From positions 1 to 53,360 of the forward strand of contig JABWAK010000005.1 of NCBI GenBank assembly GCA_013361065.1: a DNA stretch of 53,360 nt. The letters run 5' to 3'. Positions 46,143 through 53,360 of the stretch are shown in pieces (position 1 is the first letter of the stretch; every line of letters starts with the position of its first letter). The translations under genes were made by a program, and so were the position numbers. The stretch comes from Bacteroidota bacterium (lineage in GTDB: Bacteria; Bacteroidota; Ignavibacteria; UBA10030; UBA8401). The notes under the pieces were generated by a model. That model did no database searches. It saw only the letters and a list, made by a program, of their open reading frames with translations, and was not told the origin of the DNA.

Positions 46143-49100
46143 TCACTTCACCAGCATCATCTTCCGCACATTCGTCATCCCTCCTGCCGTCAGCCGGTAC
46201 AGATAGACACCGCTGGAAAGGTGGGCCGCATTGAACGAAGCCGTATAGGAACCAGCGGCACGCACTCCTTCCGTCAGCAGCGCCACCTCGCGACCCAGCA
46301 GATCGAACACCGCAAGCCGCACTTCGCCCGCCGCCGGCACATGATACCGGATGGTCGTAATGGGATTGAAAGGATTCGGGAAATTCTGTTCCAATGCGAA
46401 GCGGAGCGGTACAACGGCTCCTTCCTCCGGAATATCCGTCGTGCCGTCATCCTGCCAGTTGCCGACGGAGAATGCCGGGGACAATGTCATCACCGCTGCA
46501 TTCCCGTTCTCATCCACCGTGCGGATGCGCAGATCGATGCCGGTAGAATCCTCCGCCGTCGCGGCGGCGAGCGGTACGGTATAGACGGCTCCATCCTTAT
46601 CCGCGACCGCAGAGATCAGCGTTGCGGGGAGCGGGATCCAGACCGTGCTTCTGAACTTCTTGTACCACACTCTCGTCGAATCGTGCACCGGAAGCTGTGA
46701 GGGGAACGTCAGCACTTTGGAGGAGAAGCGGAGTGTCGCCTGATCGCCTTTCGTCAGTCCGGAGGATGCCGTACCGGCGCTGTTCCGCACCATCAGCGAG
46801 GTGAAGATCGGTGCATCCGCGTTCGGTTTGGAGAGGTCCACCTCATTGCGGAGCGTGAGCGTTCCCATCGCCTTCCGCACGCGATACCCGTGGGTCGTCA
46901 GCACCAGCGTGTGCCGCTTCAGTTCCGCCGGGAACGGATCCCGCGGAAAATCATTGAGCGGAGACTCCTTCAGCAGCACACCGGCATCGTCATAGATCGC
47001 ATAATGGCCGGTATTGACATCCGCATACCGGAACTCGAACAACGAACCGAAATAGATCGGATTGAAATGGATCGACGGACCGAAGGAATTGTTGTACGAC
47101 AGGTTCGTCACGAACACCGGTGCATCACCGAATGTGAGCGTTGCCCCTGCCGGAGAAAGATACGATGTCGCCAACCGTTGAGATGGCAGTCCGAGCATGA
47201 GACTGTCGTTCACCACGGAAAGATACCGCGTGGACATGTCCAGATACGTGTTCTTATCGTATGAACTGTTGGTATGGAATGCAACGGATGCAGAGTGGAC
47301 CGGGTCCGCTCCCGGCATCAAGAACAGATCGACGGTATGGTCCCCGGTCGGGACGTTAATGGTATCAGCGCCAACGATGGACGTATTGTAGTAATATTCC
47401 CCGCCCGACAATTCCATAGCGATCACCTCGGTGAAGAACCGCGTCGCCGTCACTCCGTCCGGCATAATGAACCGCAGTTTCTGATGCACAAATCCTGCCG
47501 GCGGGTTGGATACGGTGACATTCCCAGACATCCCGGTGAAGACCGGATATTGAGGAAGCACAACCCGTTTTGCACTCTTGAGATCGATCTGCACCTGCGT
47601 CGGATGGAACTGAAAATCATTCCCCACCGGCGAGACAATGATGGTCGCGGTCCCGGCCGGCAATGAAGCGAACATGATTCCTTTCGGCATCGCCACACGG
47701 AGACTCCGACGCATACCGGAAAGGGACGAGAATGGAACATTATCCTGATCCACACCGCCGAATGTGACGGTGTGGAGCGCCTCCGCGGCGTTGAATGCGA
47801 ATGTTTCCGCGCCGTCGAACACATTCCCCGTCTTAAGCACCAGGGCGGACTGGTCGCGGAAATGGACGCCGAAATCGTACGGCTCGATCGCCGGTCCGGT
47901 CACTTCCCAGGTGAGCGGGTCGAGTTGACGCACACGCGAGAACATCTTGTCATAGTACGGAGCGAAATAACTGTTCTCGCTCACCCCAAGGAAGTATGCA
48001 TGCGGATGGCTGAATGTCAGCAGCATCCGGGTGGTCCGGCTGAACATCCACGGAAGACGGAGCGTGTCAGCGGCGCTCTTCAACTGCATCACGCCGCTAT
48101 ACAGAATGATATCACCGTCCACGATCGGAATGACCGCATTGTTCACGGAGATGGTCACCAGAACCGTCTGTGTTCCGCCGGCGGCAACGGTGAAGTTGGA
48201 GGGCGCCGCGGAAACGGTCACACCGGCAGCACCGCCGGTGAAGGTTGCAGAAAAATTCTGTGCAACGTTCTTCCGGTTCGTCACTTTCACGGTCTCCACG
48301 CTCGTCCAGGTGGTCATGGCCGGATCGTCCAGTCCGAAACTCAGATGGACCGGTTCAGCCGTCGCCGAAAGAGCCGCTGCTCGCACGGCATCCACCCGGC
48401 CGGCGCCCTGATGGACCGGCTTCATCCCGAGGTCCACCGCACCGTTCACCAGTTTGGATTTGATCTGCGCCGGTGTCAGCGCGGGATCGATCGACTTCAG
48501 CAGCGCGGCGACACCCGCCACCATCGGGGAAGCCATCGATGTTCCGCTCTCCACGAGCATGCCGTTCCCCGGGAACAGCGAACGGATATTCACTCCGGGC
48601 GCCACCACATCCGGTTTGATGCCGTACTCACCCGGCGTCGGTCCTTTGGAGGAGAAGTAGGCAAGGTTGTTCACGGAATCGATCGCACCGACCGTGATGG
48701 CACGGCGCGACGTACCCGGACTCCCGATCGTCTCGAGTCCGGAATAATAATAGTTGCCGTCCTTACCCGGGAAACTCTCCGCATAGCCGGAATTCCCGGC
48801 AGCGATCACGAAGGTCACACCGAGCGCCGTTGCATTGTCCACCGCAACGGACGGTGCGTCATCCGGCTCACCGCCGTCCGCACCGAGGCTCATGTTCACG
48901 ATGTCGAGCCGGTCGTTCATGTTCCCGTCATTGTTCGGATCGACGCACCGTTCCACCGCAGCGATGATGTCATCCATACTGCCGCCCCCTTCCGCACCGA
49001 GTACTTTGAAGGCGTACAGTTTCGCTTTCGGTGCCACCCCTTTCACATCCGCCGCATCGGCGGCGACGATGCCGGCAACGTGCGTCCCATGTCCGTTATC

Positions 49101-49730
49101 ATCCATCGGGTCGTTGTCGCCGTTGTAAAAATCATACCCTCCCACGACCTTCGCTCCCGCTCCGAACGCACCGCCAAGTGCCGGATGGAGATAGTCGATC
49201 CCGGTATCGATGATACCGACTGTCACTCCCTCGCCGCGCACTCCCAGGTTCGTCCAGATCTCGTTCGCACGGATCTGCGGGATCGATTTATGGAGCGTAG
49301 CGCGGACCGGCCTGGTCCGGTGGACCTTCTTCACATACGGCAATGCTGCAGCAGCAACAGAAAGACCGTACGGCATCTCCGCGCTCATGCCGAAGAAGAC
49401 CGAGGTGAACTCCCGCCGCACGGTGACCGGAGCGGACGGAGAGACCGACGCCGTTGCGGACGCTGAGCGGAGGTCCTGCAGGAATTGCGTGAACCGCTGA
49501 CGGTAATCCGGCAGCGGTGCATTGCCTGCGCTGTTCTGCTGCGTCAGGAACAACGGCAATTCACGGAATTCGACGATGACGCTGACAATCGAATCAGCCG
49601 GAATGACCGGCATCGCACTGCTGCGCACAGGACGCTGCGGATCGATCCGCGGAGTGAATGATTGTTGTGAGATCAGGATGGAAGTCAGGATGACAGACAG
49701 GAAGATCAAACGATGATGCATACGGCACAT
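46143..49730 (-). CDS. T9SS-secreted S8 subtilisin-like serine protease (Vpr-like)
   Basis: Catalytic triad IIDTGID / HGTHVAGI / GTSMASP, AAGN, I9-like prodomain, QNFPNPFNP tail. Confidence 0.93.
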   Translation of the reverse strand: MCRMHHRLIFLSVILTSILISQQSFTPRIDPQRPVRSSAMPVIPADSIVSVIVEFRELPLFLTQQNSAGNAPLPDYRQRFTQFLQDLRSASATASVSPSAPVTVRREFTSVFFGMSAEMPYGLSVAAAALPYVKKVHRTRPVRATLHKSIPQIRANEIWTNLGVRGEGVTVGIIDTGIDYLHPALGGAFGAGAKVVGGYDFYNGDNDPMDDNGHGTHVAGIVAADAADVKGVAPKAKLYAFKVLGAEGGGSMDDIIAAVERCVDPNNDGNMNDRLDIVNMSLGADGGEPDDAPSVAVDNATALGVTFVIAAGNSGYAESFPGKDGNYYYSGLETIGSPGTSRRAITVGAIDSVNNLAYFSSKGPTPGEYGIKPDVVAPGVNIRSLFPGNGMLVESGTSMASPMVAGVAALLKSIDPALTPAQIKSKLVNGAVDLGMKPVHQGAGRVDAVRAAALSATAEPVHLSFGLDDPAMTTWTSVETVKVTNRKNVAQNFSATFTGGAAGVTVSAAPSNFTVAAGGTQTVLVTISVNNAVIPIVDGDIILYSGVMQLKSAADTLRLPWMFSRTTRMLLTFSHPHAYFLGVSENSYFAPYYDKMFSRVRQLDPLTWEVTGPAIEPYDFGVHFRDQSALVLKTGNVFDGAETFAFNAAEALHTVTFGGVDQDNVPFSSLSGMRRSLRVAMPKGIMFASLPAGTATIIVSPVGNDFQFHPTQVQIDLKSAKRVVLPQYPVFTGMSGNVTVSNPPAGFVHQKLRFIMPDGVTATRFFTEVIAMELSGGEYYYNTSIVGADTINVPTGDHTVDLFLMPGADPVHSASVAFHTNSSYDKNTYLDMSTRYLSVVNDSLMLGLPSQRLATSYLSPAGATLTFGDAPVFVTNLSYNNSFGPSIHFNPIYFGSLFEFRYADVNTGHYAIYDDAGVLLKESPLNDFPRDPFPAELKRHTLVLTTHGYRVRKAMGTLTLRNEVDLSKPNADAPIFTSLMVRNSAGTASSGLTKGDQATLRFSSKVLTFPSQLPVHDSTRVWYKKFRSTVWIPLPATLISAVADKDGAVYTVPLAAATAEDSTGIDLRIRTVDENGNAAVMTLSPAFSVGNWQDDGTTDIPEEGAVVPLRFALEQNFPNPFNPITTIRYHVPAAGEVRLAVFDLLGREVALLTEGVRAAGSYTASFNAAHLSSGVYLYRLTAGGMTNVRKMMLVK

Positions 49731-50013
49731 TCTCTTTCACGATGGTCAAGGTTCAGGAACAGTGAGATTCATTTTACGAATTCGGACAAGAAAGTTACAT
49801 TTCTGCTCTGATTGTTCGTGTGATGCAAGTTCCATAGTTAACGATGAAGTCTGAGATTTTTTTGTCTTGGAATTTTTCCATTTTTTTGGTATCATAGTTG
49901 ACAAAATCATCAGTAATACCGTTGATTTTGAAGGTTTTGTGGAATTGAAGTAAGACGATTCTAGAGTTTTTTTAAATTCTTCATTCTCAATTCTGCATTA
50001 TACATTGCTTTTT

Positions 50014-50072
50014 GGCGGGGTAGATCCCCGATAAAAAACATCGGGGCAGGCAGTTGGTGAGAGCGACGGAAT
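50014..50072 (+). pseudogene. Degenerate duplicate of the tRNA-Met 5' half, interrupted by a hairpin
   Basis: GGCGGGGTAG[ATCCCCGATAAAAAACATCGGGGCAGG]CAGTTGGTGAGAGCGACGGAAT versus GGCGGGGTAGCTCAGTTGGTTAGAGCGTCGGAAT; the upstream leader is duplicated too, at 100-bp spacing. Confidence 0.8.
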
Positions 50073-50113
50073 TTGTTCTGTTATTCTTCATTCTCAATTA
50101 TACATTGCTTTTT

Positions 50114-50187
50114 GGCGGGGTAGCTCAGTTGGTTAGAGCGTCGGAATCATAATCCGTAGGTCGTGGGTTCAAGTCCCTCCCCCGCTA
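50114..50187 (+). tRNA. tRNA-Met(CAT), likely elongator
   Basis: GGCGGGGTAGCTCAGTTGGTTAGAGCGTCGGAATCATAATCCGTAGGTCGTGGGTTCAAGTCCCTCCCCCGCTA cloverleaf; lacks the initiator C1:A72 mismatch and the three-GC anticodon stem. Confidence 0.9.
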
Positions 50188-51520
50188 CATCCTCAATGAC
50201 AACCGGTGACCGAAAGGTCGCCGGTTGTTGTTTTAAACCTTCCGAATATATGTCCATAATTTCTTTGTTCACAATGGGCACTTTTCGGATATAACAACTG
50301 ATTTTCCGTTTATCGTGGTCAACATAAATCCGTTCGACGCAACGCCGAACGACCTCGCGCTTTTCTGGGATTGAGATCGTGTTCATTATTTCTTCAAATT
50401 GGCTCATGAACTTCTGGACAATTGGAGCGACCGAATCAATGGAGAACGCCTGATTCAGTTTTAATCTGTTCTCCTCAATTTGGTGCTGCAATTGTTCCTT
50501 TTCCCGCTCGAGATCGTCCACCCTTTGTTGAAAGGTTCTGTAAGACGCTCCCTCCTCTACCGCCTTCCGAATGTTACGTAATTTTTTATCAACCTCATTT
50601 GCGGATAATGTTAGTTGAGCTTCCAACTCACGCTCCGCTTCTGGACGTAGCTTCACCATCCTTTCCAGATGTTTTTGTATTAAACCGGGCAGTCGATATT
50701 GATCAAATGACGATACAATTGACTGAAGAACAAATGTTTCCAAAGGGTCTCTTTTGATCGGAATGAAATCACAGATACCCTTCGAATTATATCCACCGCA
50801 AACATAGCGGTAATAATTGTGCCCCCTTTTTCCGCTTGTCTGTCCCTGATAGTGGTAGCCACATTTACTGCATACCATCAGACTCGAAAGTAGATACGGC
50901 GCATGGGTCTTGTTTTTCGACCTATTACCTCCAGGTCTACGGAAAGAATTCGCTTTTAACCATACCTCTTTCGAGACCAATGGCTCATGTGCGTTCTCAA
51001 CGATCAACCACTTGTCCGGTGAGTTTTTCCAGTGTGGATATTGCGAATGGGTCTTCGATCGCCCATCAGCATCCGCCCTGATTTTACTCATACTGTTTTT
51101 GTTGTAGACACGGGCACCGAAGTAAGAGTGATTTTCGATGATACATTTAATCGTTGCCGAAGACCACTTCTGGTCACGATTACGCCATCTCCCTCGCTTA
51201 GCACAAGGGATTGACTTTTGGTTCAAAAGCATTGCAATGTATGTGTATCCGTGCCCTTTTAATCTTTCGTCAAAGATGAACCGGACTGTATTCACTTCGA
51301 CACTATCTCCAGGACTCCAGACAACTTTCTCTTGCCCGGATATGGACCAGTCACCTTGATGAAGGATCCTATCAGATTGTGTTTTAAGGTTTATCGCTTT
51401 GCGAACATATCCATATGGTGCTACACCTCCATTGGAGAATATTCCATTTTCCATTGCTCCACGTAGTGTCAACTCCGACAACTTCTTGCTATACTGCGAT
51501 GCCTGCACTCCTTCGAACGC
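50147..51520 (-). mobile_element. Large serine recombinase (recombinase, Zn-ribbon and coiled-coil domains; catalytic N-domain missing) marking an island edge at tRNA-Met
   Basis: APYGY, WSSATIKCIIEN.SYFG, HEPLVS, LLSSLMVCSKCG...YRYVC; AT-rich (~40% by eye); C-terminus VAGEGLEPTTYGL* is the antisense of the tRNA. Confidence 0.88.
50199..50234 (+). terminator. Intrinsic terminator after tRNA-Met, inside the antisense recombinase ORF
   Basis: ACAACCGGTGACC-GAAA-GGTCGCCGGTTGT-TGTTTT. Confidence 0.75.
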
Positions 51521-51796
51521 CTTGAGCATCTCCTTGCGGACCGTGTCAGCATCAGCGAGATGGCTGAGGTCCCCCGCAGCGAGGGCCTGCTCGGTCTCCT
51601 CGATCGCCTTGGCGATCTCGGGATCTACGGCGGCATCCTGAGCGTAGATACGCAGCTCGGTGGCTTCGCGTGCGTGACGGAGGCCGAGAGCGAGTCCCAG
51701 GATGCGTTCCTCGATCTCGGAGAGGTCCTCGACTTGGGCGCGAAGCGCATCTCTGTAGCTGATGACGTTGTCGTCCCAGACTGGTGCCACGTTCAC
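51521..51796 (-). CDS. N-terminal fragment of an unrelated high-GC helical protein, fused in frame to the recombinase
   Basis: Strong AGGAAGGAGG RBS before GTG 51796; abrupt GC jump; no resolvase YxRxS motif. Confidence 0.5.
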
Positions 51797-51942
51797 TGGA
51801 TGCCCCCTCCTTCCTGACGAGTTACACGCTTGTGATTCGATTCACAACCTGTGCACTCAACCTACCATCCCCGGACTCCGCTCTGTGCATCGACATTCTG
51901 CCCAGGCCACCTGAGTTCCTGGTGTCAATCCGGCAGAGGTGG

Positions 51943-52140
51943 TCAGGTCTGGCAAGCGTCCCGCAGTGGTTCTACGAGGAGATGCCATGCGGCGACCCCG
52001 CCCACTCCCAAGGCGGCGACGGCGCAGGCCGGGTGTCTGCGTTGGAAGGCGTGGGTGACGGCCGTCATCGTCTCCCGGCCCGTCGCAGCCGCCCACACAT
52101 CCCACGCGAGCGCGAGGCCGACGATCACCCAGCCGGTCAC
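51943..52140 (-). CDS. Small two-TM membrane protein, reminiscent of actinophage small membrane proteins
   Basis: 65 aa, WVIVGLALAWDVWAA...RHP...AAWHLL; GTGA overlap with the end of an upstream ORF. Confidence 0.4.
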   Translation of the reverse strand: MTGWVIVGLALAWDVWAAATGRETMTAVTHAFQRRHPACAVAALGVGGVAAWHLLVEPLRDACQT

Positions 52141-52264
52141 AGTCGGCCCCCAAACGCGGAGAATTCCCGCCAGTGCACACGCGAGGCCGTGGACGGCGGG
52201 GAACGGTGCGCTGCAGGCAGGTCCAGCCGCCCGAGCCGGGATGATGCCTGCCCTCTCGCGGTCC

Positions 52265-53359
52265 TCAGGCCAAGGTACGGACCGGCTCCCGGCGGAGCCG
52301 GAAGGCGAAGGCGTTCAGGCGTCGCTCGTCGATGGGTGAGCCGTCCACGTACACGAACAGCATGGGTATCTCGTGACGGTGGCGCAGGAGGCTCTCCGCG
52401 ATCAGCGCCGGGCCGCACCCCCACGGACTCACGACGACGACGCCGTCGCAGAGTCCATTGTTCCAGTGGTGGAGGACCGAGCCGACAGTGACCGGAGCCT
52501 CACCCTGGGGATAGCGGTCGAGGACCTGTCTCGATTCGGTGAGCAGACCGGCGATGTCCGGTGCAGGAAGCCATTCGTGGTGCCTGCGTACCCTCGAGTA
52601 GAGGAGGCCGCGGAGCCGAGTCATCCCGTTCGCGAACAGGTTCGGACCACGCGGTCCCCCCTTCGGCAGGCGCACAAGCTCACGCGCGCCCACATGTGCG
52701 AGGTATTCGAGGAGGACCTGTGTCGGTTCCACGATGACTCGAATGCCCCGCTCGTTGAGGCGGCGTACCAGCTGGTCGCTGGCGAACTCGTCGACGCGCA
52801 CGTAGATGTCGCCGCTGAGCAGGATCGTGCGCAGCTCACCGGAGTCGTGTGCGTTGCGTTCTATCTCGGCAAAGGCCTCGGCAGCCCTGTCGAGGAGAGC
52901 GGTCACGTCGCGGACAGCTCGGGCCATCGATACCACTTTGGCCGGCCCGTCGCCGGCGGGCCGTTCGATCAGCGACTCGAGCTCGGTGCATGCCTGCCGG
53001 TAGACCTCGTCCACCTCCCCAGGAGAGCTCTCGTGCGGTCGGTGGTAGGACGCGAGCTGGTAGAGGATGTCCCAGGCGACGAGCCCGAGTGCGATGCGTG
53101 GTGTGAACGACCAGCCGAAGTCGCGTTCAGCCTGGAAGTCGCGCACGCTCACGTTCACCTCTCGCCCCAAGCGTTCGAGAGAGATCCGGTCCTTGGTCGT
53201 GAACATGCAGTTCCGGCACATGCCTTCACCTGTGACCTGAACGAGCACTTGGGGGTCGTGGCCGTTGCCTTCGAGGTGCTGACGGAAAGAGCCCCAGATG
53301 AGTTGATATGGCAGGCATTCCTTGCCCGAGCAGTCCCGCCTCCCCAGCCGCAGGGCATC
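52265..53359 (-). CDS. C-terminal part of an acyl-CoA dehydratase activase-related protein (DUF2229/HgdC-D-like), truncated by the window edge
   Basis: Frame open to the edge: LGRRDCSGKECLPYQLIWG...GMCRNCMF, LSGDIYVR, GEAPVTVG, SPWGCGP, YVDG; ~68% GC by eye. Confidence 0.75.
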   Translation of the reverse strand, partial: DALRLGRRDCSGKECLPYQLIWGSFRQHLEGNGHDPQVLVQVTGEGMCRNCMFTTKDRISLERLGREVNVSVRDFQAERDFGWSFTPRIALGLVAWDILYQLASYHRPHESSPGEVDEVYRQACTELESLIERPAGDGPAKVVSMARAVRDVTALLDRAAEAFAEIERNAHDSGELRTILLSGDIYVRVDEFASDQLVRRLNERGIRVIVEPTQVLLEYLAHVGARELVRLPKGGPRGPNLFANGMTRLRGLLYSRVRRHHEWLPAPDIAGLLTESRQVLDRYPQGEAPVTVGSVLHHWNNGLCDGVVVVSPWGCGPALIAESLLRHRHEIPMLFVYVDGSPIDERRLNAFAFRLRREPVRTLA

Positions 53360-53360
53360 C

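Noticed and set aside
5554-49466. Many long antisense ORFs (e.g. 6504-7877, 7890-9455, 11128-12510, 29559-31040, 38883-40562, 43971-45362, 47772-49466)
   Set aside because: They mirror well-supported genes on the other strand, lack recognisable motifs, and are expected from high GC3 codon bias.
50147-51796. 549-aa ORF as an intact novel recombinase with a new N-terminal domain
   Set aside because: The catalytic serine domain is absent and composition changes abruptly near 51510; a chimera is more parsimonious.
50190-53360. Second att site (tRNA-Met 3' duplicate) closing the island
   Set aside because: Not found by eye, and the sequence beyond ~51510 is probably from other sources.

Overview
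Mostly a GC-rich (~58-60% by eye) chromosomal segment from a Bacteroidota/Chlorobi/Ignavibacteria-lineage bacterium, judged from five proteins with PNPFN-type T9SS C-terminal sorting tails. From left to right it holds: (1) a minus-strand surface-polysaccharide locus (ugd, uxs-like, SLBB/Wza, lhgO, four deoxy-aminosugar genes, wzz-like) ending in an AT-rich tail (T9SS cargo, asnB-like, tagD-like, tagF-like); (2) tRNA-Ile2, uvrA, rlmN, adk, GDPD and a secreted M23 peptidase; (3) an aroQ/HAD/acpS run, an FG-GAP T9SS protein, namZ, DUF1684 and tsaA; (4) the best candidate for an uncharacterised system, a six-gene operon (lone receiver, periplasmic unknown, membrane HEAT protein, processive GT2 synthase, LtaS-like transferase with TPR, TPR-YaiO barrel) that looks like a synthase-dependent exopolysaccharide machine; (5) a matrixin-like protease with a coupled small partner, and an S8 protease; (6) tRNA-Met with a broken 5'-half duplicate upstream and a large serine recombinase reading into it. 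Both ends of the window (left of ~540 and right of ~51510) look chimeric, probably assembly joins. All product calls come from motif recognition, with no database searches.
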